64,000 bases of DNA from Octopus vulgaris (GCA_951406725.2 OX597835.1:22010001-22074000); one strand, 5' to 3'. Shown: positions 25,534 to 40,756, counted from the first letter of the stretch. Notes: generated by a model not told the origin, from the letters alone. Made by a program: numbers and translations.

Positions 25534-26042
25534 TAAAAATGAGCAATTACACCATTAAAATCTCAAAGCTACAAGATAATCTATGATTCAAAACAATGTG
25601 AATAAATCAACTTTACATTTGACTGAGTATTATGGACGCTGGAGGGTTAAACCATGCAGACATAGAAGAGTGGGTATTATGATGATGACGATGGTGATGG
25701 TGGTTTTCTTAATGATTATTATTATTATATTCGTTAGCACACCTGGGAAAAATGCTTAGTGGCATTTTGTCTGTCCTTATGTTCTGAGTTCAAATTCCAC
25801 CGAGGTTGACTTGCGCCTTTCATCTTTTCAGAGTCGATAAAATAAGTACCAGTTGAGTATTGGGGTCGGTATAATCAACTATTCCACCCCCACTCACCCC
25901 CGAATTTCAGGCCTTGTGCCCATAGTAGAAAGGATTATTATTACTACTATTCCAGCAATAATAACAACAACAGTTGTCATATTTGATACTAACCTCACAT
26001 CTTTGTTACTTTCAAACTAATCCAATCTGTCTTGCATTTCAG

Positions 26043-29000
26043 GTGAACTCCAAGAAGGTATCTGTGTCCTGGAATCAACTACAGCATCCGTGTTTACCAG
26101 CCAAGGCGAAGAATACAACGTCGCTTTGCCATTCCAGGTTACTAAATCCTGGGTTATTAAGAATGGGCTTCTCTTTGAACGTTCCTTGTCGTCGTCAGAA
26201 ATTGTTCCAAAAGTGTCCCGAAATGCTGCCAACCACTCCATTGTGTTCAGTATGTTGCATCCTCTTAATGACATTGCTCCCGTCATTCATGGCCCTAGCA
26301 ATGCCAACACCACACAGAACAAGGTTAGCTATTTCACTGACACGTCTCAGAGTATTGTGTTCAGCTGTGTCGAACCCTCTATACTTCTTGTGTACGACAA
26401 CACAGCTGGACTACACTGTGTGTGGAAGGTCCGTCGTGTGAAGCCTGAGGAGAGTAATTTTCTCTTTGAAACCTGTGATATGCCAAGTTTATGCCACCTA
26501 AATAATTCTCTACTGAATACATCTTCTCATAACCAGTCAAAAGTCAGCAACATTTCACCTGGCATATCTCTGTTGCAGAATTTCTCCAACAGGACATTCT
26601 CACCTTCTCCTTCATGTTCCATAAGTCCTGTTGTCAGTAACCACTTGACATCTTCTGGAAATTCAGGCAGCTGCACTCAGTCTCCATTGGCTTTTGCGTC
26701 TTCAAGTCAATCTCGACCGTTCTACAGCCTAAATGCTCAGTCGAGGTCTTCCATGACGTACATGCGTTCTCCTCCAGGCAGCCAAAACTTCTCAGTGATG
26801 TCCGAAAGCATGAATTATCGAATTGAACCGGTTAATCCTGATATATGTCTGGACCATATCTGGACTGAGTCGGCTACATCAAATCGTGAAGAGTTTGTTG
26901 GGAAAGCGAGCAAAGCATTCATTGCTAAGGATCTTTGTGAGCAGAACTATTTGTGTTACTTGATTCCACAAAGGCAACATCTACGTTGTGTGAAATTTGA
27001 GAAAAGCAATGATAATTCTCAGCTGATATTCGGTGCAGTTTGTACAATAGCTGCCAAAGATGCCCTCCCAGTTGAATTGCTTAACTTAACTGTAGTGCTA
27101 GATTTATCTGGCAGCCTTATCATATACAGTGGAACAACCAAAATCAACAAGTTGTTTGTGCCCAAATTGCCTATAGGAATTGCATCGCTGAATGCTTCGG
27201 CATCGCTGACTCCCCACAACTCTGTCCGAGTCACTAGCATGATCACATCAAGTCGGCCATCAAGCACAAGCAATGTATCTTTCGAAGATCAATTGTCTCA
27301 TATTTCTCCAGTAATTGGATCACCAAATGTGCATGATAACCATGTACTTGAGAGTTCCACCAGAGACTTGGAGATTTGCTGCCACGACAACACAGTCCAT
27401 TGCATTCGAGATAACACCCTCTCACGGTTCACCATAGAAACCACCGATGGCTCTTTGCTGCGAACGTCGCTGCCACCACTTACCGAGTCGACAGGAATCG
27501 AAAGTAGTCTCGAAGCCCTGCGTTACATCTTACCCAAAGACTGTGCCATGAAGATGTTGTCTCGCTGGTATACGACACGTAATGTCACCAGTGGATTTGA
27601 CAATCAGTCGGAGTGGGTGGTCTTCTCTCGTTTTCTCCTGGGACAGATGGGTTTTGATACTAGCCGTCTGCCATTGACACATGAAAATGAATTCAACAAC
27701 ACAACATCTCCTGTGGTGGAAGTGAAACGAGCTAAACCATCCAACCAGGGCTGCAACGACGATTGGGAATATCTACTCAAATCCGAACACCATCATTTCA
27801 CATCTAAGTACTTTGATTCTGCCCTTGGCTTCTCACTCGTAACCATACCCAACATATATTATCCAAAACCTTGCACTGTTAACCCATCAGCTCCTCTCTT
27901 CTCTTATATACCAAGCATTCTCTTCTCATTACACTTGGTTTATGAAGAACTCAAACTAAACACTTGTCTCTCTGGACAGCTCGAATATTTAGCTCTGATG
28001 CTTTTCTTTCTGGCTAACAATCTGAAATGTTTCTACTACACTGACATCTACTGTCGAGATTTCCCTCATCTCTATAATATGGTCGATGAAAACCACCAGA
28101 TACATCCTGAACAGTGGGCAAAGCTGCAGTTCTCATCTATATTTACTGAAGTGCCCCCTAACATATGCATGTGGATTTCTAAACTGTTATCTGGACTGGA
28201 ATGCCAGCCAGTTCCGTTCCTGCCCAATATTTGTAAACGAATAGAAAATATCGTCATACTCTACACCACCCTTGTCAATCAGAATTGTGAGGTTACCCAT
28301 TTCCTGAGAGAAATCCCTGTTTCTGGTTACCGAACTCTTTCCTCTCGAGCAAAAGGTTCTTTGAGTGAAACTGAGAAAAACTCGCTGTCAATAGCGGAGA
28401 GTATAGTGCTGCTCATGACTCGGCTGGGCATCACAAAACGGGATCTGGAATCGTATCCCATAGGTGTTGTGCTGCCATTACGAGAAGCAATACTACAGTG
28501 TCGATGGGATCCACCATCGGATTGGCCTGAGGAAGCTTACATTTTGATTGGTCGTAAAGATTTGTCCCGAATCAGCGCTTACTGTAAATGTCAGTCGGGT
28601 TCTTCCCTGAATGAAGGGCGCTACGTGAAAGAATGTCCTTCTCTTGGGAAAACAAACAAAGAAGACGATGATGGAATGGGTCACCTCGATGAAGAACTCT
28701 TGAAATTACGGTTCAGTGAAGACCTTCGAGTGCAAGAGGTTCGCCACATGTTACAGTCATCTCGTCCTGTTCGTATTTCACTTCAACAGAAACCGGAAGT
28801 GAGTGACCATGAATTCATTGAAGAACAAGAACGCTACCTGTACGCAATCTGTACGCGAACAATGGCCTTACCTGTTGGTCGAGGAATGTTTACTCTGTCT
28901 AGCTTCCATCCGTTACCTACCGAAGCCCTTCCTATTCCGAAACTATGCCTGACCGGGAAAGCTCCACCTCGCAACACCACAGTTGACCTCTCCCATATTG

Positions 29001-31474
29001 AAACCCCTTCCAATATGGCCACATGGCCACACTTTCACAATGGGGTCGCCGCTGGATTAAGGATTGCCAACTCTTCCCAGATAAATTCCACTTGGATCAA
29101 TTATAACAGACCTAAGACTTGTGATTTCACTACAGAATATGCTGGCTTCTTGATGGCACTTGGACTGAATGGCCATTTAGCTCATCTTGCTACCCTTAAC
29201 ATTCACGAGTATTTGAGCAAAGGTCAAGATATGACTACTATTGGGGTCCTGTTAGGGCTGGCTGCCACCAAACGGGGAACAATGGATCAGGGTATAACAA
29301 AGGTACTCAGCATCCATGTACCGGCCCTTTTACCACCGACATCGACCGAACTGAATATTTCTCACAATGTCCAAGTCGCAGCTGTTTTAGGAGTTGGTCT
29401 TGTCTATCAAGGCACAAGTCATCGTCACATTGCTGAAGTACTGCTGTCCGAGATTGGACGTCCACCTGGTCCTGAAATGGAGAACTGCACCAACCGCGAG
29501 TCATACGCCACAGCTGCCGGTCTTGCCCTTGGTCTGGTCATGTTTGGTAAAGGAAGTGAAGCTGCTGGCTTGTCCGATTTAGGAATGGCAGACACTCTCT
29601 GTCACTTCATGATTGGTGGTCATAAACGGCCGGTGACGGGGCCAAATCGGGAACGTTATAGGTCGCCAAGTTACCAAATCAAGGAAGGTGACAGCGTGAA
29701 TGTTGATGTCACTTCTTCTGGTGCAACACTGGCCCTCGGTATGCTTTACTTCAACACAAATAACACAGCAGTTGCCGACTGGCTGAAGGCACCAGATACT
29801 CAGTTCACCCTGGATCACGTCCGACCAGATTTCTTAATGCTGCGTACTTTATGTCATGGATTAGTGTTGTGGGATCACGTACTTCCAACGACGACATGGA
29901 TCGACAGCAATTTACCAATAATTGTACAGAAATACGGTTTCAAACGAGAATCCCACAGCAGAGATGAAGACAACATCGATTATGAAACAATGAGTCAAGC
30001 TTATTGCAATATCGTCGGTGGTGCTTGTATGGCAATGGGTTTGAAATTTGCAGGAACCGCTAATGCAGTCGCTTACCAAACTCTGCTAGATTGCATGAAG
30101 CGCTGCATGTATCTTTTACCAGTTCCTCCATTCTGTGAACAAGCCGGTAAAAGCACTGTTGAAAACTGTACCGTTGTAGTGCTTCTTTCCCTTGCAATGG
30201 TAATGGCAGGAACTGGAGATCTCGATGTGCTCCGAATAGCCCGGGCTTTGCGAAAACGTGTCGGTCCACAACATTCTTATGCCACTTATGGGTCTCACAT
30301 GGCTGTGAGTATGGCTATTGGTCTTCTCTTTCTGGGTGGTGGTAGATATTCCCTCAGTACAAAGCCAGAAGCTATTGCAGCCATGCTGTGTGCCTTCTTC
30401 CCCAAATTCCCCACCCACAGCATTGACAACCGCTACCATCTACAAGCGTTCCGCCATCTCTATGTCTTGGCTGCTGAACCCCGAGTCTTGATACCAGAGA
30501 ATGTTATTTCACGCCAGCCTTGCTATGTTCCAGTGGAAATCCGGTTTAACGACACCAAATTTTACAAAAACGTCTGTTACACTACAATGGCACCGTGTCT
30601 CATTCCAGAGCTAAACTTGCTGAAGGAGGTAAAAATCTTGGGACCTCGTTACTGGCCAATCAGATTCGATGTAGACAAAAACTGGAAAACTTTAGAGTTG
30701 CTTCTTAAAAATAGTGGTGTTGTATATGTGAAACAGAAAGCTGGACATTTGTCTTACAGCGAAGATCCTAAAGGTTACCATGGTCATTTAGCCAAGTCTT
30801 TGACAAATAATGAGTCCAGTTTTGAATCAACAAAACTTCATCCAAAATCTATAAAGTCCTTCACATCAGATGCTCGAATATTGGCCTTCTCTGAGTTTTT
30901 CCTATTTAAAAATGAAAAAGAATGTGACAGGCTGGCCCCTGTTGTCTACAGTTGTGCCTTTAAAGAAAAACCAGAAGGGATCCCGACTCAGATGAACTTA
31001 GCCTATGAAGTCTGGCAGTCACAGATTAACAAAGCTCCTTTAGGACTTTGGCAACTGAAGATTGTCTTGAACTATTACGGCAGCAAATACCAGTTCAAAG
31101 CGAGTGAAGAAACCGAGAAAGTGCCACTTGTGGAATTGGATTATGTATTATCTCTGAAGAATGAACTGGAAAAGTTCCTTGCTGATTGGGAATCTAACAA
31201 CATGGAAATTCTGTTGAAATATTTCCAAGGAGAATCGTTGAAAGACGAGCAATGTGGACACTTGTCTGCTTTCATTGTTTGGTACGACATTCCGCATCCT
31301 CACGATTTAGCAAGTATCAGTGTGAAAGGAAAGCCCACTCTTCCGGTGTTGTGTAGCCAGCTTCCTCATTTACCAATGTCATCCATTATGAAATTGCTGA
31401 ATGCATGGTGCATCAAACAGACCTACTCTGAGAAGGGCCACCTTCCTGAGTTTTCCCTTTCTGCCGATTCCTGA
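26043..31474 (+). CDS. ANAPC1: ANAPC1 coding exon 3 (5432 nt: rest of the N-terminal region, mid domain, PC repeats and C-terminus)
   Basis: Acceptor catttcag|GT is phase 1 and in frame with the 1794-aa ORF. APC1 motifs include LPFQV..GLLFER, RFSEDLRVQEVR, RTMALPVGRGMFTL, WPHFHNGVAAGL, PC repeats (AGFLMALGL, AAVLGVGLVY, AGLALGLVM) and NRYHLQAFRHLYVLA. Spliced CDS = 84+313+5432 = 5829 nt, giving 1942 aa plus stop. Confidence 0.97.
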
Positions 31475-31590
31475 TTTTGAACTCCTTGCTTCTGAGTGTC
31501 TGTACTTCGTGTCCTGTCTTCATTCTTGTGTATCTACATACATGTATAAATTATGCCTATAAACATACGCATAAATATATAAGTATGTAT

Positions 31591-31654
<64 letters not shown>

Positions 31655-31702
31655 TCTAAAGTATGTATTTATGTATAAAGAGACTATAAGTTATGTATAA
31701 AA

Positions 31703-31723
31703 AATAAAATCTTTATGAATAAA
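31703..31723 (+). promoter_or_regulatory. Candidate polyadenylation signals of ANAPC1 (AATAAA at 31703 and 31718)
   Basis: Two AATAAA hexamers ~230 nt after the stop codon. The AT-rich context makes chance matches possible. Confidence 0.4.
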
Positions 31724-34700
31724 AAAAGATGTTGCATAATCACAACAGCCTTGTTTTATTATAAATACAAATTTAAGATGGCTTCCGTGTCGGTGGCACG
31801 TAAAAAGCACCATCCGAATCGTGGCCGAAGCCAGTGCCGCCTCGACTGGCTTCCGTGCAGGTGGCATGTAAAATGCACCAATCCGACCGTGGCCGATGCC
31901 AGCCTCACCTGGCACCAGTGCAGGTGGCACGTAAAAAGCACCCACTACACTCACGGAGTGGTTGTCGTTAGGAAGGGCATCCAGCTGTAGAAACATTGCC
32001 AGATAAGACCGGAGCCTGGTGCAGCCTTCTGGCTTCCCAGATCCCCGGTCGAATCGTCCAACCCATGCTAGCATGGAGAACGGACGTTAAACGAAATAAT
32101 AATAAAAAAATAAGAAATTGATTTTTGCTCTACCAATATTTGTGGTGTTCTTTCAGATTCAACATTTCAGACCTGAGCACCAATCTTAAATTTGTTTAAC
32201 CCATAAGCATTCAGATTCTTCTATCAAATGTAAAGCTTATGTATTCACACCATATAAAATTAATCTTGCATCATTTCATGGCTTTGAGATTTCAATGATG
32301 TGATTGTTTATTTTTAAAATGACACAATAAGGTAGCTATGAATGACCATATCTGACTAGTTTGAACATAAAACTGGTAGAATATTTTGGCCGGATATGGC
32401 TGGTTTAAACACTAAAGGGTTAAAAAGAAAAAAATCGAGCCAGGTTGTTGCCAGTACCGCCTGACTGGCACGTAAAAACACCCACTACACTCTCAGAGTG
32501 GTTGGTGTTAGGAAGGGCATCCAGCTGTAGAAACTCTGCCAGATCAAGACTGGAGCTTGGTGCAGCCATCTGGTTCGCCAGCCCACAGTCAAACCGTCCA
32601 ACCCATGCTAGCATGGAAAGCGGATGACCGAACGAAGGTGTATGTGTGGTTGGGTAGTAGAAGATCGCTTCAAGTCCACCCATAGTTTTTGGGTTTACTC
32701 TTTTTTGCAAGACATGTTTGTCTTCTATAGCCCTGGGACATCTAATGCAGTGATTCCCAACGGTGGGGCATGGGGTCTGGGAAAATTGTGGCTTCCAAAT
32801 TTTTCTTTTTTTTTCACAACAAACACATTACACCTCCATTCAGCCCAGCCAATCCCTCGAAAAATACTCTGTGAAGACTGTTTGCTGCAGTATAGCACAG
32901 TTCTTATGCCATAGTGTGGATGTTTCCCTGGTGCAGTATACATTTTTCTGGGAAGCTATAGTGAGGCCATGGGATAAAACAGGTTAAGAAGCACTGTTCC
33001 AATGCCAAATGAGTTTTACTGCAAAAATCTCTCCATCCAGAATTGATATTAGCAAGGTTATCTCCCTTGAATTAATTTACATCCGACGCGAGGAGCGATT
33101 TTATTAGTTTCTGTTAAAATATCTTGAATCTTTTACTTGCTTCTGTAATTGGACTGCGGCCACGCTGGAGCATCGTTTTAAAGGGATTTCGCCAAAAAAA
33201 TTAACCTTAGTGCTTATTTTAAGTTTGGTGTTTATTTTACTGGTGTCTTTCGCCTAACCACTAAGTTGGCTGGGACAAACATACATGTATATACTGTATC
33301 ATCATCTTTACTTGGGGGAGCGGCCTTAACACTTTCTGCTGTGGAGAACGGGTCTTCTTGTGTACAGCAAGCTGCCAGGTATCTCGATCCTTTGTCATCT
33401 TGTCCAAAAGGTTCTGTGTCCTTGTGCAATATAAAACCCAAAACGAAAGTTACTTCTTTTGGTTACACTTGAAAATGATCAAGCAGCTTGGATCAGGATC
33501 CCTTCCTGTCTGATTAGGTGTCTCCAATTAATGTTTAAAACTAATAGCAGGGCCGCAAGCCAGCAGAACCTATTTCTTTATTGCCCACAAGGAGCTAAAC
33601 ATAGAGGGGACAAACGGATTGATTACATTGACCCCAGTACGTAAATGGTACTTAATTTATCGACCCCAAAAGGATGAAAGGTAAAGTTGACCTCAGCGGA
33701 ATTTGAACTCAGAATGCAACGGCAGACGAAATACCACAAAACATTTCGCCCGGCGTGCTAACGATTCTGCCAGCTCGCAAGCCTGCACAACCATTAGCAC
33801 GCTCAGAGGCATGTCTTCCGTCTTCACGTTCTGAGTTCAAATTCTACCAAGGCCAACTTTACCTTTTATCCTTCTGGGGTTGATAAAATGAGTACCAGTT
33901 ATGCACTGGGGGGTCAATGTAATCGACTTAACCTCATCCCTCGAACTTGCTGGCCTTGTGCTAAATTTTGAAACCAATATTAAAAATAATTCTTTCTACT
34001 ATAGGCACAAAGCCAGCAATTTTTAAAGGATGGAGTAAATCAATTACATCAACCCCAGTACACAACTGGTACTTATGTCACTGATCCAGAAAGGACAAAA
34101 GGAAAAGCTTACTTCAGTGGAATTTGAACTCGGAATGTTAAACCCAAAGAAATGCAGTTAAGTATTTTCTCTGCCTTGCTCAATCCCTGTAACTGGGGTG
34201 CTTGCTTTTCCACCCTGTCAGTTCTTCTCTTTCTCTCTCTCTGCCTGAGGCAGCCATGTCTCTCCTCTACAGCAAGGCACCATTTTCTGTCCCTCAACAC
34301 TGCTTTCTCCTCAGTTGAGAGGTATTGTCTTGCAAGCTACTTGATAAACCTCACTGTTGCCAGTGTCGCATAAAAGGCACCCCGGTACACTCTTGTAAAG
34401 TGGTTGGTGTTATGAAGGGCATCCAACTGTAGAAACTCTGCCAATGCAGACTGCATAGATTGGGGCAGTCTTCTGCCAGTTCAATGGAAAATGGAGGTCA
34501 CTGCTGCTCTCTTTCCTGTCTGGCTGTCACCCCTCACAGGTGGTTGCTGAACGGTGGCAGTGACCTGATTAGCTTGGCCTATGCAAACCTGTTGACGGCA
34601 TACTATCATGTCTAGGCCTACCTGTTAGCAAATAAGACTCCCTTCGGTCATGTTCCCCTCCAAGACACAAGGCCGGGCAAGGTTGTTTATGGAAGACCAG

Positions 34701-37122
34701 CAGTCGCCCATGCATAACAGCCTCCTCCCTCCATGCCACCAATGTTATCCAAGGGAAAGGCAAAGGCCGATACAGCTTTGCACCAGTGATGTCGCAACTC
34801 ATTTCTAAGCTGAGTGAACTGGAGCAACATGAAATAAAGTGTCTTGCTGAAGAACACAACACACAGCCCAGTCCAGGAATTGAACTTAATACTTCATAAT
34901 TGTAAGCCCACTGCTCTAACCACTGAGCCACACACCTTCACAGTTGTCAAATACTTCTTAAAGGGATTGGTGGCAGCAAACTAAATGAGGTGGAGCCATA
35001 ACTGCCTGTGATAACTTTAGATGACAGGAGCCACTTGCATGCTACATTGGAGATAACATCTACCCCAGCCCAAGCGTTTCAAGAAACCACTGAACCACCT
35101 CCCGTGATAGGGATCAGAGCTTACCAGCCCTACCCTTTCTGCATACCACCCATAGCTACTACCGATTGAATGGTCTCGTAAGGTCCTTGGATCTGGCTGA
35201 CAAACCTACTTAAGTGTGACACATTCCCTGGTGGCCCGGAGATGACCAAACCTGATTGCTTTGAGTAGTGGCTCTCAACCGGGGTCCATATGGCCCCTGA
35301 GGGTTCGCGTAAGATTTTTGGGGATCCACCCAAGCAAAGTAAATTTGGGATCAACCCTTAAAATACTATCATCATCATCATCATCATCATCATCAAGCGG
35401 ACGTTAAACGATGATGGTGATGATAGTATTTTAAGGGTCCATAAAAAATTTTGCTTTAGATGTATCTCGTATTGATATGTATTGCAAGAAACAGCTGGGT
35501 TTCTTTCTCTAACATTTTACATAGTTCAACCTAAACAAGGGAATGTGAGGAAAACAAAATAGGAATTTTGAAAGAAGTTTCTATAAAATTAGTTTTTAAA
35601 CATCAAATGTCTATGGGGGTCGACCAGAATGAAATAGTAATTAAAGGGGTCCATAGATAAAAAATGGTTTAGAACCCCTCGCTTAGAGGAAGTAAAAGTC
35701 ATAACAATGGTGTTGGTGATGGATACTCACTCCTTGATAGTTCTTTCACATTTTGGCACAGGCCAGCAATTCTGAGGGAAGTGGAAATGCCCCTAAGTAG
35801 GTTGGCTTGTGTGCTGACAATTCTGCCAGTTCACCATCTTACTACTACATAATAATAATAATCCTTTCTATTAAAGGCACAAGGCCTGAAATTTGGTGGG
35901 GAGGAGACCAGTCAATTACATCGACCCCAGTTTTTCACTGATACTTAATTTATTGACCCCGAAAGAATGAAAGGCAAAGTTGACATCAGCAGATTTTGAA
36001 TTTGGGATGTAAGGACAGATGAAATACCTCTAAGGGTTTTGTCTGACATGCTAACAACTCTGCCAGCTCACCACCTTCATCATAATCATAATCATAATAA
36101 TGACCCCTTTTTTTATTGGCACAAGACCTGAAAATTCTAGGGGAGGAGACTAGTCAATTACATCAACCATAGTGCACGACTGGTACTTATTTTATCGACC
36201 CCCGAACGGGTAAAAGGCAAAATCACCCTCAGTGGAATTTGAACTCAAAACACCAAGCCAGAGGAAATGCTGCTAAGCATTTTAACCAGTACACTAATGA
36301 GTCTACTAATAATAATAATAATAACAAGAGCACTCAGAAAGTGCAAACCTCTGCCATGGCAATACCAACATCCTCTCAATGATTAGCCGAAGATAATTTT
36401 TAAAATGAGAATATCTGAAATATACTTGACTGCTCTTACAAAAGAGAATACTAAAAATGAACCTGACCACTCTCAAAAATTAAGTAAAAAGAAAACAGGA
36501 AAAATTATCCAGTATCCTTATCCGGTACCAGATCAATCCCAAAATCTAAACAGTTCATGCCAGTCGTGAGGCCAAACATCCCTGAAAGTCTCATCCAAAT
36601 CCATCTAGCAGTTCTTGAGATGTCTTGTCCACAGACAAACCAACAAACACAACTGAAAACAATACCTCCACCTTTGCTAAGGCTGAGGTTAATAACACAG
36701 GCACACGACGAAGTTCTGAAATTTAGGTGAGGAGTCGGTTAATTACACTGACATTAGATAATAATAAAACAAACAGAAAAAAAACAAAACCTTGAGACTT
36801 GAAAAATATTCAATTCATTTGTGTTATTTTAATTTACATCGTTAACATAACGATAATATTTAATTGATTTATTAATATATGAAATATTTCATAAGATGAT
36901 TAGCTTTGCACATGTCTTTTTTTCTTTAATATTTTTTCCATTTTACAGTTGTCTTTATTAAGCATAATTTTAATATAATTATTACTAATTAGGTCAGATG
37001 AGTGCAGTGTTAAGTTCTAAGTGCACCAAATCTGCAATCAGGTTTTTGGATTTCATTGGAACTGCATTCTTCAACTTTTGTCCCTTTGATCGCTACCTGG
37101 AGTTCTTGGATGTCTTGCTTAA

Positions 37123-37594
37123 CCCTTTCGTTACTGTATTTCTGTTGAGATGCTCTGTGTTTCTTTCAATTACTTGAAATATAACAAAGAATTTAGTAAA
37201 ATAACTTAGTTATCATTCAGCTGGTGTTAGGAGCATAGATTGTGACTAAGGTTTGGTGGAAGATTTTAATTCAAAACTTATGAAAACAAGGCATTTGTAC
37301 TCCAGAGCTAGAGACAGTTTCAGTTAGGTTGGTATCAAAAGGGTTAAGAATTGTTTCTCTATCATATATTTTAACCCTTTCGTTACTGTATTTCTGTTAA
37401 GATGCTGTGTGTTTCTTTCAATTACTTGAAATATAACAAAGAATTTAGTAAAATAACTTGGTTATCATTCAGCTGGTGTTAGGAGCATAAATTGTGACTA
37501 AGGTTTGGTGGAAGATTTTAATTCAAAACTTATGAAAACAAGACATTTGTACTCAGAGCCAGAGGCGGTTCTAGCCATGTTGGTATCAGAAGGG
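37123..37594. mobile_element. Two tandem ~220-bp TTAA-targeting (piggyBac-type) MITEs, 37123-37343 and 37375-37594
   Basis: Both start TTAA|CCCTTTCGTTAC. They end GTATCAAAAGGG|TTAA and GTATCAGAAGGG|TTAT. The host sequence occurs uninterrupted at ~43400-43620. Confidence 0.75.
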
Positions 37595-39049
37595 TTATAA
37601 GATAACCATTGTCCATTCTCTTTGTTGCTAATATTCAAGAGGCCGAAATTCTGGTTTGAGGAAAATGTCCCCTGTTCTGTTCTGGAAGCAATGGAAAGGA
37701 TCAGAGGTGCTGCTTCTTCTTCCAATGAAACATTAAAGGCAAACACATGCATATGCAGAGAAAACAATGCACCACATACATAAACGGAGTCCTAACATAC
37801 ACATGCACACACATTTACACATCACATACACACACACACAGACAACATCACATAAATATACATGAAGGTACAAACTAATCACATGCATATACATCAATAC
37901 ACACACACACATGCACACAAACCACACCCTACACACATACATGAATATACAAGCAACACAATATATTTTCACATACATACATAAATATACACACATTCAT
38001 GTACACATACACACAAAAATGGTGATGCGAGTGGTAGTGAATGGAATGATGGCAGTGGTGGTGGGCATGGTGGTAGTGAAGCGATGGAATTGACATTTTG
38101 AAAGTACACACACACACATACATACACAGGCCACATTACACTAACCACACCATACACACAATATTTGAATAATAAAAAATGATATAAACGAGTTGGTCAT
38201 GGCTGGAATTCACCTGATGATTGGTCTGTGCAATCAGGATCAACCTATGGCTAAACAACAGCACTTCCATGTCCATCACCTTTAGTTGCCCTTAGCAAGG
38301 AATTCAATCTGTTGAATGTTCACTGATCAGGTTGCAGCTGGTTGGTTTTATGTCACCCTTAAGAAAGCCATCCTCCATACATCTCTTTCCCTACTCTAAT
38401 CAATCATATTCCACCCCAGTACCTTACTGGTAGAGAGAGAGAGAGAAGGAAGACATTGTGGCATAGCCCCACATTTTTCTGTCCCAACCTTTGAAAATCA
38501 GAAAAGTTGTGAAACCGGTTAAGCCTTTAAAAATAAACCCTCTAAATGACTCCCTGTGCATTTTCAATTTCTGTTTTTCTATATTTCTACCCATGTAGGA
38601 TAAAATAACTTTGTTTTCTATACTTACACACACTTATATATATACATATATATATATATATATACATATATGTGGTGCCGGTGCCGGTGGCACACAAGAA
38701 AACCATCCAAACGTGGCCGTAGCCAGTACCGCATCGACTGGCCTCCGTGCTGTGGGCACGTAACAAACACCATCCAATCGTGGCCGTTCGCCAGCCTCAT
38801 CTGGCACCTGTGTCGGTGGCACATAAAAACACCATCCGAGCGTGGCCGTTCGCCAGCCTCGTCTGGCACCTGTGTCGGTGGCATATAAAATCACCCACTA
38901 CACTCTCGGAGTGGTTGGCATTAGGAAGGGCATCCAGCTGTAGAAACACTGCCAGATCTGACTGGCCTGGTGCAGCCTTCGGCTCCCAGACCCCAGTAAC
39001 CGTCCAACCCATGCTAGCATGGAATGCGGACGTTAAATGATGATGATGA

Positions 39050-39086
<37 letters not shown>

Positions 39087-39091
39087 AGCAG

Positions 39092-39222
39092 CTAGGTACC
39101 TAACAACTATGCCTAACACTAACACCAAGATTGCCTGCTTCTTTTAGAGAAGGGAGAGAATTCTAAAAGAAGCAGGCAATCCTGGTGTTAGGGTTAGGCA
39201 TAGTTGTTTACGGGGTACCTAG
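39092..39222. repeat. ~130-bp hairpin/foldback element with telomere-like CCTAACACTAAC / GTTAGGGTTAGG arms
   Basis: CTAGGTACC..AACAACTATGCCTAACACTAACACCAAGATTGCCTGCTTCTTTTAGA is mirrored by TCTAAAAGAAGCAGGCAATCCTGGTGTTAGGGTTAGGCATAGTTGTT..GGTACCTAG. Confidence 0.8.
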
Positions 39223-40308
39223 TAGGGTACTGGGGTGGAATATGATCGATTAGAGTGGGGAAAGAGATGAATGGAGGATTGCTTTCTTAAGGGCGACATA
39301 AAACCAACCAGCTGCAAAGAGCAGGAAATATAGCAGTAGGACAAAGAAGGGTGTCTAGATGTGGAAGTATCCCAGTTTTAAGAATACCTGGAAGGAAGGA
39401 CAGCTGGCAATAAAATATCATCTCAACAAAACAGTCCAACCCATGCCAGCAGATGTAAAATTCTGTTATAGCTGCTGGCTATATATATATATAATACACC
39501 AATCCGACCGTGGCCGTTGCCAGCCTCGCCTGGCACCGGTGCAGGTGGCACGTAAAAAGCACCCACTACACTCACGGAGTGGTTGGCATTAGGAAGGGCA
39601 TCCAGCTGTAGAAACATTGCCAGATAAGACTGGAGCCTGGTGCAGCCTTCTGGCTTCCCAGACCCCCAGTCGAACCGTCCAACCCATGCTAGCATGGAGA
39701 ACAGACGTTAAACAATGATGATATATATATATATATATATATATGCGATTGTTTTGTGAATGTTCCGATCATAAATCTGCTCTGAAACAATTTTAACCTT
39801 CACTAAACAGTAACAGCAACAACAACAACAATGATATTCACTCAGTGGTATTGATATTGTATTCAGGCGTTAACCAATGAAAGTAAACATCTGTGAACGA
39901 GTCAAAAGTAGGTGGACTGTTTGACGCTGGTTTAGGATCAACGTAGACAGAGGGACGGCATTAGAGATTGTATTTACTTCTTCAGCCGTGAAACAAGGTC
40001 ATTTCTGGCATGTTTCAATTCGTTATTTACAAAAACTGAACAAAAAAAGGGAGGACGGAGAAATTATAATTGAACAGCTAATTAGCTCTTCGAAGATTCT
40101 TTTACTTTAAATATATTATAAAACTCTGTGTGTGTGTGTAAACACAAAAACACACACACATATATATCATCATCTGGTTAAGCATCCTCAGACAATACAT
40201 TTATATACACACACGTATGTGTGTGTGTGTTTAAATATATATATATACATATATATGTATATATACACATATATATGCATGTAAATACATAACATATATA
40301 TTTGCATA

Positions 40309-40368
<60 letters not shown>

Positions 40369-40599
40369 GATACACACACACACACACTCAAATATCTATA
40401 TATATATAGAGTGAGAGAGAAGGAAGACATTGTGGTATAGCCCCACACTTTTCTGTCCCAACCTTTGAAAATCAGAAAAGTTGTGAAACCGGTTAAACCT
40501 TTAAAAATAAACCCTCTAAATGACTCCCTGTGCATTTTCAATTTCTGTTTTTCTATATTTCTACCCATGTAGGATAAAATAACTTTGTTTTCTATACTT

Positions 40600-40632
<33 letters not shown>

Positions 40633-40756
40633 ATTCAAAAATATAAGGAATGGCCATAATAGGACATTCGACTCCCTAGAAAGAGCAGCCAAATTCAAAC
40701 CACTAATAGTTGTAATTCTGAAATTGAAAGAGAAATAAAAACATTTACCCCTTTCA

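Noticed and set aside
26090-26092. Start of the 1794-aa ORF as the ANAPC1 initiation codon
   Set aside because: It is an internal GTG (Val). The exon starts at 26043 and the ATG is at 21605.
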